A stretch of 32,000 nt of DNA, taken from Flavobacteriaceae bacterium. Lineage in GTDB: Bacteria; Bacteroidota; Bacteroidia; Flavobacteriales; Flavobacteriaceae. The stretch covers positions 2,880,001 to 2,912,000 of the forward strand of contig OZ245049.1 of assembly GCA_965224465.1 (NCBI GenBank). The letters run 5' to 3'. The notes beneath the pieces are model-generated. The model had not been told where the DNA came from. It saw only the letters and a list, made by a program, of their open reading frames with translations, and made no database searches. The translations under genes were made by a program, and so were the position numbers. This document shows, in pieces, positions 19,080-27,840 of the stretch (positions within the stretch are counted from its first letter, which is position 1; each line of letters starts with the position of its first letter).

Positions 19080-19601
19080 TCAATTTTTTAAATCTCCCGT
19101 TAAATGATATGTGTTTAGCGCCGTGCATAAAACACCAACACCCGCATGTTTCCCTGCCGTCTGAAAATAATTTAGACGGTGAAAAACGGTGACTCCAGCA
19201 GCACCAATAATCGTGATTTTCCCATCACCTGTCTGATAAATACTAATATGAGTCCCTATAGGAGTACCTGCAGGCAATGTAAATTCAACATCTTGAGTAC
19301 TCTCTATGGTAAAAGCCATCCCACTTTCAACTTCTTTTAAGGTATAAGAACCTGTTTTATGTATTATTTTTGCATATTTAGTAATCAAGATTTTTAAAGA
19401 ACCATCAGACGCTCCAATATATTGAATATCATTGGTAATGTCTTTGTACATATCCCCTTCTCCAGCTGTTTTACTAAAGTGAATTCCCGCTATTTCAACC
19501 TCCGTATAATTCTGACCATAGCACATACCTACCGATAATAAAATAGGGCTCAACTTGTAAATAGCGTATTTATTTCGTAACTTACTGAAAAACAGAATCA
19601 T
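19080..19601 (-). CDS. small secreted protein paralog (cassette B, gene 1), 5' end interrupted by an IS; the first 18 codons are IS-derived
   Basis: 173-aa ORF sharing AGEGDMY, PIGTHISIYQTGDGKITIIGAAG, HRLNYFQTAGKHAGVGVLCT and HLTGDLKN with 16055-16627. Codons 1-18 (MILFFSKLRNKYAIYKLS) lie inside the IS left end (from 19547 upward). The native N-terminus is displaced to 20646-20673. Confidence 0.7.
   Translation of the reverse strand: MILFFSKLRNKYAIYKLSPILLSVGMCYGQNYTEVEIAGIHFSKTAGEGDMYKDITNDIQYIGASDGSLKILITKYAKIIHKTGSYTLKEVESGMAFTIESTQDVEFTLPAGTPIGTHISIYQTGDGKITIIGAAGVTVFHRLNYFQTAGKHAGVGVLCTALNTYHLTGDLKN
19539..19546. repeat. target-site duplication TAAAATAG (left copy)
   Basis: Identical 8-mer directly abuts both IS termini, at 19539-19546 and 20638-20645. 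Confidence 0.8.
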
Positions 19602-20637
19602 TATGGATAATTCAGCTATTTTAAAATATTTTGACTGTCTAGATGTAACTAAGCAGGATATTTTGCTTAAAGAATTTCAGTCTCTTTGCAAATCAGGAAG
19701 TTATGTAGATATTATTAAAATGAGAGGGAATGCTTTAGATGACAGAAGGGGTGAATGCCCTTACTGCAATGGCTATCACTATATAAAAGCAGGTGTAGAT
19801 AAAAACAGCAGGCGTTATAAATGTAAAGATTGTAAACGTACTTTTACTGAATTTACCGGCAGTTGGCTAGCTGGGATACACAAAAAGCAACGCATACCAG
19901 CCTTTTTAAAAACACTTGAATTGAATTTAAGTTTGGTTAAAACAGGAAAGGATCTTTCCATAGATCCAGGGACGGCATTTAGATGGCGTCATCGTTTTTT
20001 ATCTGCTATGTTCCAAGAAACCACAGGTCATTTCAAAGGAATCACCGAGAGTGATGAGACCTTTTATTTACACAGTCAAAAAGGTAAAAAGTGTGTACAT
20101 AGACCTCCCAGAAGTAGATCCGAAAAGAAAGGGGCAGGTATAACAAAAGAATACGCAACGGTATTAACAACCCAAGATAGAGCAGAACTATGCGTTTCTA
20201 AATTTACAAATATGGGCAGAATTACCAAGAGTAATATAAAAAACACTATCGGAAGCATGGTAGATAATAGAACCGTATTTTGTTCTGATGGACACCGTAG
20301 TTTTACTGGGTTTAGTAAGGATTTACATTTAGAGCATCATGTTTTAAACAGCAGTAAAAACCAACGAGTCAAAGGGACTTATCATATTCAGCACATCAAT
20401 AGTTTGCATAGTAGGTTAAAGACATTTTGTAACGTAAAATTAAAAGGAGTATCCACAAAATATCTTCAAAAATATTTAAATTGGCAAACAATTAAAGATT
20501 CATATCGTAAAGAATCAAATTGGGTAGTTACTGTCCTTAAGTACTCAATGAAACGTTCAAATGCAATTAAAATATATAACAATATCCAAACTGATTATAA
20601 CAAAATTTTTATAACAACGCTAAATGCTAGTTGAGCC
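19547..20637 (+). mobile_element. IS1595-family insertion sequence (1091 bp)
   Basis: Imperfect terminal inverted repeats: GGCTCAACTTGTAAATAGCGTATTTAT on the left versus the reverse complement of the right end, GGCTCAACTAGCATTTAGCGTTGTTAT (20/27, first 9 nt identical). There is one transposase ORF whose stop lies in the right IR, and a perfect 8-bp flanking direct repeat. Confidence 0.85.
19603..20634 (+). CDS. IS1595-family transposase (N-terminal zinc ribbon plus DDE domain)
   Basis: 343-aa ORF with zinc ribbon CPYCNGYHYIKAG..RRYKCKDCKRTF, followed by DDE-type blocks ITESDETFYL and VFCSDGHRSF. Size and architecture fit IS1595 (ISXO2-like) transposases. Confidence 0.85.
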   Translation: MDNSAILKYFDCLDVTKQDILLKEFQSLCKSGSYVDIIKMRGNALDDRRGECPYCNGYHYIKAGVDKNSRRYKCKDCKRTFTEFTGSWLAGIHKKQRIPAFLKTLELNLSLVKTGKDLSIDPGTAFRWRHRFLSAMFQETTGHFKGITESDETFYLHSQKGKKCVHRPPRSRSEKKGAGITKEYATVLTTQDRAELCVSKFTNMGRITKSNIKNTIGSMVDNRTVFCSDGHRSFTGFSKDLHLEHHVLNSSKNQRVKGTYHIQHINSLHSRLKTFCNVKLKGVSTKYLQKYLNWQTIKDSYRKESNWVVTVLKYSMKRSNAIKIYNNIQTDYNKIFITTLNAS

Positions 20638-20645
20638 TAAAATAG
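20638..20645. repeat. target-site duplication TAAAATAG (right copy)
   Basis: See the left copy. An 8-bp TSD is the length expected for the IS1595 family. Confidence 0.8.
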
Positions 20646-20673
20646 CTATAAAATAAAATATTTTCATTTTCAT
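20646..20673 (-). pseudogene. displaced original 5' end (start codon plus first codons) of the IS-interrupted gene 19080-19546
   Basis: Removing the IS and one TSD copy joins 20673..20646 in frame to 19546. This restores ATG AAA ATG AAA ATA TTT TAT TTT ATA GCT ATT TTA..., giving MKMKIFYFIAILLSVGMCYGQ, a canonical signal peptide similar to the paralog's. Confidence 0.7.
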
Positions 20674-21050
20674 TTTTCCCTTTTCAGTCCATGTTTTGCA
20701 AGACAGCAACAATCAAATTGAGAGCAATCCTGTTATAGCAAGTTACAAAAAAAAACGACATCTATTCATTTAATCATCCATACATGCCTCTAAAACTTGA
20801 TGAATTTCAACAATATTTGATTTTATTATTTAATAAAAAATAGGGATTTAAAAAGCTTAAAACATGATGATTTACGAGTATTAACACACCGTAAAATCAG
20901 CATAAAATAATTAAACCAAACTAATTATTATTTAATTTATATCCCAAAATTAGGAGCATTTAACTCAGAAAAGAAAGCAACGAAAAAACAAGTATAATTA
21001 GTTACATTACAATCCTTTATATTCTGTAATAATAAAAATTAGATAAATAC

Positions 21051-23492
21051 CTACCGATCCGTTTTCTGTATTTTCAACGCACAAAAAGCAGATTTTAATC
21101 CTTTTCCTGTTACAAGTACACTTGCCTTACCTGTTGTATGTGACGCTTGAACAATAAGCACCAACTTCCCACTAAACAACTTCATGGTAGGTTTATGAAA
21201 CAGCTCCAAAGATGTAGCATCCCCATTACAAGCAGCACGATAGACAGCATCTCCAGAAACCTTAAATATTAATTGATCGGTAGCTGTAGGGCAGGGTACA
21301 CCCATTTTATCCACTACAGACACCGTGATATATACCAAATCTTTACCGTCGGGGATGAGTGTTTTTTTATTCATATGGAGGACTATTTGATGAGGAATCC
21401 CTGCTGTTTTAATGGTTTTTTTCATGACAGCATTTCCTGCTGCATCAAAGGCAACAACTTTAAGGCTTCCTGGCTCGTATCTCACATTCATCCACATCAA
21501 ACGATACCGAGACAATTTACTAGACCTGTTTTTAGTCTGTATCCCCATACTTATACCATTCACAAACAATTCTGCACTGTCATAACTTGTATACACGAAT
21601 ACAGGCGTAATTTCACCTTCCCTTCCTTCCCAATTCCAATGCGGCAATATATGCAACGTTGCGTCCTTGGTATTCCATCGACTGCGGTAAAGATAAAAAC
21701 GATCTTTCGGCAAACCAGCCAAATCACTAATTCCAAAATAAGAACTTCGTGAAGGCCAATATTCATCATAAGGAGTCGGTTCTCCTAAATAATCGAATCC
21801 TGTCCATACAAATTCACCAATCACCCATGGTTTATCATCTTGTAAGACAAAATCATCCTCAGGTAGGTTCGACCAACTACAATACTCCAAATCATAAGAA
21901 GAACTCTGAAAATCTGGATAGTGTTTCATGCTCCCTTCTTGTACAGCAAACTTGTAAATCCCTCTAGAGCTAACAGTAGAAGCTGTTTCAGAGCCTAAAA
22001 TAATTTTCTGAGGAAATGTAGCAAACGCTTCCTCGTACAGATGCGTTCTATAATTGAGTCCTGGAATATCCAACAAGGCTCCAAAACCTGACTTCATGGT
22101 TGCTTTTACTTGATCCATACCAACAGTAACAGGTCTAGTTGGGTCTTCTCTATGAAAAATATCTTGTAATTTCTGAGCCCAAGACGCTCCTTTTTTTGTC
22201 CATTGCTCAGGAACTTCGTTTCCTGCACTCCACATCACAATACATGGATGATTTTTAGTTGCCTGCACCAAATTAACAATGTCTTTTTCTACATCCTTTT
22301 CGAAAAAACGATGGTATCCATTTTCTACTTTTGGCGTAGACCATTCATCAAAACTTTCGGCAAGAAAAAGGAATCCCATTTCGTCACATAATTCTAATTG
22401 CTCAAAAGACGGCATATTGTGCGCACTCCTAATCGCATCCACTCCCATATCTTTTAAGATCGTCAATTGCCTGCGCAAAGCCGCTTTATTTACAGCAGTT
22501 CCCAGAGGCCCCAAATCATGGTGTAAACAAACGCCTTTAAATTTTCTAGTTTTCCCATTCAATCTAAAACCATGTGTTCCATCATATTGTATGCTCCGAA
22601 TTCCAAATCGTGTACGGAGTATATCTTTAAGCACCCCCTTTACATATACTTTTGAAATAGCAGTATACAAATAAGGGCTTTCCGGGCTCCATAATTGCGG
22701 ATTTTTAACGATTAATTCTTGTCTAGATTCACCTTCCAATGCATTGTTTACCAAGTTTTCGGAAAGCAGTACTCCCTTCTGGTTTACAATACACGTTTTT
22801 AATAACATCCCAGTACCTAGAAGCGATGTTTTTATGGATACAAGTGCTTTTTCTAAACTGATAAACGGAGTCGTTATTGTAATTCCCCATTGCTTGATAT
22901 GCGCTTGACTTTTTACAATTAATGAAACATTCCGATACAAACCTGCACCAGGATACCAACGAGAAGATTTTTCTTTGTTAGACAATACAACTACCAAAAC
23001 GTTATTTTCCTGAACAGAAGCAGAAATATCAATATAAAAATAACTGTATCCATAATTCCATTCCCCCACTTTTTTTCCGTTCAAGAAAACTGTTGGTTCA
23101 CTCATCGCACCTTCAAACAAAAGGATGATTTTTTTATCAGAAAGTTCCTCCTTTGATAACTTAAATTTTTTGCGATACCAAGCAGTTCCAATATACGGCA
23201 AAGCACCCGTTCTTCCCGTTTTCTCCGTAGCTTTTGTTTCTCCATTTTGAACAATCGCCACACGTTGCTTATCTATTTCCTTGTCAAAAGGCCCATAAAT
23301 TGCCCAATCGTGTGGAACAGAAACAGTTTCCCAATCGGAATCGTTATACTTAAATTCAAATGCATCCTTACAAACCCCCTTCTTGAATTTCCAACCATCA
23401 CTCAACACCCTCGTAGTACGTACCTGAGCGGTACAAAAAAAAGAGATTGCAAAAAAAATAACTACAAAAACAATACGCTGCATTTGAAACAT
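21051..23492 (-). CDS. glycoside hydrolase family 2 (beta-galactosidase/beta-glucuronidase-type)
   Basis: 813-aa ORF with a signal peptide (..FFCTAQ). GH2 sugar-binding N-domain (WKFKKG..DWETVSVPHDW), TIM-barrel region with NHPCIVMWSAGNEV (acid/base Glu in NE) and later ..GEFVWTGFDYLGEP (nucleophile region). Confidence 0.9.
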   Translation of the reverse strand: MFQMQRIVFVVIFFAISFFCTAQVRTTRVLSDGWKFKKGVCKDAFEFKYNDSDWETVSVPHDWAIYGPFDKEIDKQRVAIVQNGETKATEKTGRTGALPYIGTAWYRKKFKLSKEELSDKKIILLFEGAMSEPTVFLNGKKVGEWNYGYSYFYIDISASVQENNVLVVVLSNKEKSSRWYPGAGLYRNVSLIVKSQAHIKQWGITITTPFISLEKALVSIKTSLLGTGMLLKTCIVNQKGVLLSENLVNNALEGESRQELIVKNPQLWSPESPYLYTAISKVYVKGVLKDILRTRFGIRSIQYDGTHGFRLNGKTRKFKGVCLHHDLGPLGTAVNKAALRRQLTILKDMGVDAIRSAHNMPSFEQLELCDEMGFLFLAESFDEWSTPKVENGYHRFFEKDVEKDIVNLVQATKNHPCIVMWSAGNEVPEQWTKKGASWAQKLQDIFHREDPTRPVTVGMDQVKATMKSGFGALLDIPGLNYRTHLYEEAFATFPQKIILGSETASTVSSRGIYKFAVQEGSMKHYPDFQSSSYDLEYCSWSNLPEDDFVLQDDKPWVIGEFVWTGFDYLGEPTPYDEYWPSRSSYFGISDLAGLPKDRFYLYRSRWNTKDATLHILPHWNWEGREGEITPVFVYTSYDSAELFVNGISMGIQTKNRSSKLSRYRLMWMNVRYEPGSLKVVAFDAAGNAVMKKTIKTAGIPHQIVLHMNKKTLIPDGKDLVYITVSVVDKMGVPCPTATDQLIFKVSGDAVYRAACNGDATSLELFHKPTMKLFSGKLVLIVQASHTTGKASVLVTGKGLKSAFCALKIQKTDR

Positions 23493-23565
23493 GGATTGAA
23501 CGAATTTAAAATAATTTTATAAAAATACACAATTCAATTATTATTAAACGTATTATATACCTTAA

Positions 23566-24096
23566 TTATTTAAACAGCTCATAAACTTCATTTGCTGGAT
23601 CGTCATCATCCTTTTTACGTATATTCAACATAAAACCATTGTTGCGTAATAAAGCCTTAGACCTAACATTATCCGAATGGGTGTACGCTTCTATCATTTC
23701 AAAATCACAAGCCTTAAACCCATAGTTTACCACTAGTAAAAGCGCTTCATTCATAATTCCTTTTCCCTGATAACAAGGATGTAAAGCATATCCCAATTCT
23801 GCGGTTTTCATATCATTAGAATAATTCCATAAACAAATACTTCCAATCATTTGATCTGATTCAGCAACACAAATACACCAACTAATTGATTGAACTTGGT
23901 CATATTCTCTAGCTATTTTATCTATAAAGTTCAATGCATCAGAAAGCGATTTTGTCTTGCAATCTTCGGGACGTTCAATAAATTTATTCACCTCCGAATC
24001 TGAACGAAGGAAATAGATTTGATCGGCATCAAGTTTTGTAGTTTCTCGAAGGATAAGACGGTCTGATTTTAATATTGGAAATATAGGTGTTTTCAT
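23566..24096 (-). CDS. GNAT-family N-acetyltransferase (RimJ/RimL-like)
   Basis: 176-aa ORF with an N-terminal ..DRLILRETTKLDADQIYFLRSD.. pattern, a QGKGIMNEAL motif-A-like segment, and a size typical of the Acetyltransf_3 type. Confidence 0.8.
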   Translation of the reverse strand: MKTPIFPILKSDRLILRETTKLDADQIYFLRSDSEVNKFIERPEDCKTKSLSDALNFIDKIAREYDQVQSISWCICVAESDQMIGSICLWNYSNDMKTAELGYALHPCYQGKGIMNEALLLVVNYGFKACDFEMIEAYTHSDNVRSKALLRNNGFMLNIRKKDDDDPANEVYELFK

Positions 24097-24964
24097 TTTT
24101 TTCTATTTTGTGATATTGCTATTCTAGCACTTCAAAACAACAGCAATCACGCTTGTTCTTCCGTGGTTTTATAACTGTTTTTAAGCTAATTTACTCGTAA
24201 TTCAACTGGAATATTCCCCTATGATTCTTTAAAAATTCTCCACAAACATAGCACTGTAATTTGTACCTAGCCACAGCGCAGCAACATAAATAAATAATAC
24301 ACATTCTAATCCTTAATAAGCTTATTCTATGTAAACTATGCAACGATTAGCCTGACGCCAACTTTGTAGGGTCACGGCATGAATACTAATATATATTCTG
24401 GAATACACTCGAAAGCTAGCTTAAATATAATATTGTGAGCTGCATTAGCTTCCCTTTTTAAACAATCCTATATACTTTTTTGTAGCAAATGGGATACTCG
24501 TTTTTTTGGAGGCAATCAATTGTCGTAATTACCTTTCCTTTTTTTATCGAAAAATTATGTGCCACTATACTTAAAGCAGGCGCTAACTTATAACTTTAAT
24601 AAGACGCAGTTAATCGCGATCTAATGAACTATTTAAGTCATCATATATAATGATTACATTTACAGAAAACACAACACTCATTAGGTGACATAATACCTTT
24701 TCGTTTTGTTTTACCTTATCATTAAAGGAGCAAATACTCTTTTTAGGAGCACTACAAGCTACTAAAGATATTATTAATACGTAAATAAAATTACTTTTTA
24801 TAAAAATATAATGACTGATAAATCTATTCTCAACACCTTATATAGCAGTGTTTTCTTGATTTTACATACTAAAACTTTCTTTTTTTATTCTTTTTTATTT
24901 GCAAGAGTGATCAGTATTTCTGCACTAATTCAAGCTATTTTACACCGTTTTATAGCCGCCTAAT

Positions 24965-25594
24965 TTATGATTCTATTGGAGTTCCTTTTTCGTAATAAAT
25001 AATTTTCTTAATAGCGCCCTGTTCATCATAATCACACCATTTCCCTTCTTTTTTTCCGTTTAGATAATTTCCTTCTTGTTTTAAAATTCCTGATTTGTAG
25101 TAATAATCTTCACACTTACCATTGCCTTTAAAGCCGAATGTGGTTTTATAAAGTATCTCTCCTTTCATATTGTAAACTCTATACCTTCCCAAAATCAAGC
25201 CTTTATTCCAATTTTCAGTTTTTACAAGTTTGTTTTTAAATGTAGTTTTCCATAAACCATTTTTGTAGCCATTGAAGAAAAATCCTTCTAAATAAATATG
25301 CGTACTTATTCCTTTAAACCCATAATTTAAAAGTACATCGCACTCAATAATTTTCATAGAACGATAAGGTTGAGGCTTTTTAACTTTCCTTTTCCTAATC
25401 ATAATTAGATATTCACTATTTATAAGTACGTTACTTTTTTTGATAAAAGAGAAAAATTCTTTACCTGATTTAATAGTGGTTCTTAAGTTTAAAGAATTGA
25501 CATAAATAGCAGGCATCTGGACTATTTCTTTATGTTTTTGACCGAAAACGTTAATGCACAGCATTAATACGATTACAAGAAGTATCTTTTTCAT
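24965..25594 (-). CDS. secreted MORN-variant/YwqK-family repeat protein, candidate immunity protein for the upstream metallopeptidase
   Basis: 209-aa ORF starting 5 nt after the stop of the 569-aa gene. It has Sec signal peptide MKKILLVIVLMLCINVFGQ and repeats of the YwqK/MORN-variant type (GYKNGLWKTTF.., EGNYLNGKKEGKWCDYDEQGAIKKIIYYEKG). Confidence 0.65.
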   Translation of the reverse strand: MKKILLVIVLMLCINVFGQKHKEIVQMPAIYVNSLNLRTTIKSGKEFFSFIKKSNVLINSEYLIMIRKRKVKKPQPYRSMKIIECDVLLNYGFKGISTHIYLEGFFFNGYKNGLWKTTFKNKLVKTENWNKGLILGRYRVYNMKGEILYKTTFGFKGNGKCEDYYYKSGILKQEGNYLNGKKEGKWCDYDEQGAIKKIIYYEKGTPIES

Positions 25595-25599
25595 CTTCT

Positions 25600-27309
25600 T
25601 TATTTAACGCTATAAAATTTAATTATATCATCTTGCATTGCATTCCATTGATATTTCCAAAAGGAAGTTTTATTATTATCATAATCCATGATGTTTTCAG
25701 TTTTTGTTTTCTCAAAAAAATAGGGGTTTCTATAATATGTATTCAAATAACTCCTACAGTTTTTATAATTTTCTTTATAAGTATTCCATTTAACTACGAT
25801 TTCGTCCTTAGGCACATTGTTTGCAATCATAGAATTCATTGAATCATCTACTTGCTTAATAAATGTATTCATTTTAAATACATCTTCGTCCGTTGATTTT
25901 TCTTCAAATGAATGTGTAAGTCCTAGAACATGGGAAACTTCATGTACAAAACTTTTTTTATCCCCTAAATTTGATTGATAAATAACAAGTCGTTTTGCAT
26001 CAATCTCAGAGATTTCTCCTTCACCACCAACTTCTTCTTTTTTCAAGGGAGATAAAAACAAAACTAAACCTCTTTTTTTAGCTTCAATTGGATGTTGTTT
26101 TTTAAATTCTTTATCAAATTTCTCTAAGACCTCTTCGCCTTTAAAAACACAAGATTCTTCAACAATCAAATCATCTTTAATCCACTCATCCTCATTTATA
26201 ATAACGTCATGAACCTTGCCAATAGAACATTGTAATAAAGCTTGATTTAAAGATTGATTGTTTAGATATTCTTGTAAATTTTGTAAATCTCCGTTTAAAT
26301 CTTTGCTTTTATCTCCAAAACCGTGAGAACTGTCTATCATATCCTCAATTGCCTCTTTGTCTTTATCTTGAGAATTGCCTCTTAATATACGAACTGGAGT
26401 AATATTAAAATGTAATTGCTTGTGGTTATCATTTTTAAAAACATTCAATTTCCCAATCTCTTCATCATCTTTATCTAGTAACGAAATAACCGTGTCATTA
26501 CTTAAAGGTGATTCACAAATTATAGATATTTCTTTACCATTAGCTTCTGATACTTTGAGTTGGTTTGGTTCAAATTTTATTCCTCTTTGGGGAGGAAGTT
26601 TGATAATCTCTGTGTTTTTTGAGACACCTTCTATTTCTGTAATTATCAATTTTAGTTTTACCCCTTTTTGATTAGGAAACATGCTTAACCAAGGTACAAA
26701 ATAATCTGTATCATGAATTTTTGTAGGCGTGTATTCTTTTTTAAGTTTATTATAATCTTTACAAATAGTCTTGTAATTGTCTCTCATCCAATCAAAACCA
26801 AATTCGCCTTTATAGTTATCTGGTCTTTCTAGTTTTGCTGTAAATTTAAAATCTATGACTTCTTTCTCCTCATCGCTCTCTAAAACAGTAGGTTCAACTT
26901 CTACAAAAGGATCCTCAAATACCCAATTTTCTATTTTTTTAACGCCTTTTATTTTAATTGCGCCACACGATATCGCTAAATTAATGTGCAAGGGTAAATT
27001 GTCTTGATTGTCAAATTCTTCCGTAAGATCAATAATATAGGCTTTATGGAATTCTACTTTGTACAAAATTTTAAATTCATCTCTGTCATAAAATATTAAT
27101 TCACCACTAAAACTAGCATTTGGTGAGAACATATAGAGATACAAGTCGCTATCAAACCCAGTAGATTCAAACATTAAATGGAATGGGCTTTTACGAGTTG
27201 TTGTCGTAGGGTTGCCCGTAATATCTATTAGTTTGTATAAGGTGTATTCTGCCTTTAATAAGGTTCTTTCTTTTCCATCTATAATGGCGATGCCTTTAAA
27301 ACTACTCAT
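25600..27309 (-). CDS. TssD/Hcp-like N-terminal domain fused to a C-terminal metzincin-type zinc metallopeptidase domain (candidate T6SS-iii specialised-Hcp effector)
   Basis: 569-aa ORF. Residues 1-~130 follow the Bacteroidota TssD pattern (..GKERTLLKAEYTLYKLIDITGNP...HLMFESTGFDSDLYLYMFS..SGELIFYDRD...VEFHKAYIIDLTEEF...LAISCGAIKIKG..IENW). The exact motif HEVSHVLGLTH (HExxHxxGxxH) is at aa 456-466 (nt 25912-25944). A candidate Met-turn NIMDY is at aa 539-543. No signal peptide. Confidence 0.65.
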   Translation of the reverse strand: MSSFKGIAIIDGKERTLLKAEYTLYKLIDITGNPTTTTRKSPFHLMFESTGFDSDLYLYMFSPNASFSGELIFYDRDEFKILYKVEFHKAYIIDLTEEFDNQDNLPLHINLAISCGAIKIKGVKKIENWVFEDPFVEVEPTVLESDEEKEVIDFKFTAKLERPDNYKGEFGFDWMRDNYKTICKDYNKLKKEYTPTKIHDTDYFVPWLSMFPNQKGVKLKLIITEIEGVSKNTEIIKLPPQRGIKFEPNQLKVSEANGKEISIICESPLSNDTVISLLDKDDEEIGKLNVFKNDNHKQLHFNITPVRILRGNSQDKDKEAIEDMIDSSHGFGDKSKDLNGDLQNLQEYLNNQSLNQALLQCSIGKVHDVIINEDEWIKDDLIVEESCVFKGEEVLEKFDKEFKKQHPIEAKKRGLVLFLSPLKKEEVGGEGEISEIDAKRLVIYQSNLGDKKSFVHEVSHVLGLTHSFEEKSTDEDVFKMNTFIKQVDDSMNSMIANNVPKDEIVVKWNTYKENYKNCRSYLNTYYRNPYFFEKTKTENIMDYDNNKTSFWKYQWNAMQDDIIKFYSVK

Positions 27310-27469
27310 AGCTTATCAATTTTTTATAATATAAATTAGTTCGTACACTTTTGTTCACCATTTATGTTTTTTAATTGGCGCTCACCATATTCTCCACGCT
27401 ACTAAACGTATAGCAATAACAGATCCAACGGCTCCATATAAATCGTGACTTTAGGACACTATGGTTGTT

Positions 27470-27575
27470 AAAAAACCATAACAATATCGATGGCTATTCA
27501 TCGATTTTTTATCTAGACTCAACAAAATATGATTCATTCTCAAAACAATCATATAGAAATATATTTGTTATGATA
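27470..27575 (-). repeat. dispersed ~100-nt intergenic element, copy 2 (most diverged)
   Basis: The reverse complement (..ATAACAAATATATTTCTATATGATTG...CTAGATAAAAAATCGATGAATAGCCATCGAT..) aligns along its length with copy 1. Confidence 0.6.
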
Positions 27576-27840
27576 CAGCAACAAAAACTACGCTAAACAC
27601 AACAGAATAGCATAGAGTACACAATACAGACTTGCTAATACTTCCACTAAATTGTCTAGTAGAGACACTATATAAGCACATTTCAAATATACAAAAAATA
27701 GTTATATGCAATTGTTTTTTTAAAAAATAATCTCGGACTATTTTCGGTATTACAAACACAAGACATCACAGCCTGGTAACAGCAATTACAACCCAAATAA
27801 CCGATATAAATAATTTATTATAAGTTCTATTATTCTTAAA

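Noticed and set aside
19078-19128. Upstream start (19128) for the 319-aa ORF, overlapping the preceding gene by 49 nt
   Set aside because: The ATG at 19077 gives a canonical signal peptide, aligns with the paralog's N-terminus and removes the overlap. The extension MHGAKHISFNGRFKKLI looks non-native.
21273-22674. Plus-strand ORFs (62-159 aa) inside the GH2 gene, plus 21560-21769 and 22729-22959 in other frames
   Set aside because: They are embedded in, or antisense to, the GH2 coding sequence and show no protein-like features. They are typical AT-rich shadow ORFs.
16055-23492. GH54-like genes plus GH2 as a polysaccharide utilisation locus
   Set aside because: There is no SusC/SusD pair and no regulator. 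The GH2 gene is separated from the cassettes by an IS and 400 bp of non-coding DNA, so the evidence for a PUL is insufficient.
27568-27759. 63-aa minus-strand ORF in the gene-free stretch upstream of the Hcp-metallopeptidase gene
   Set aside because: It is short, Cys/Phe/Val-rich and of low complexity, with no recognisable domain, and it sits between two repeat copies. It could only be accepted with expression or conservation evidence.
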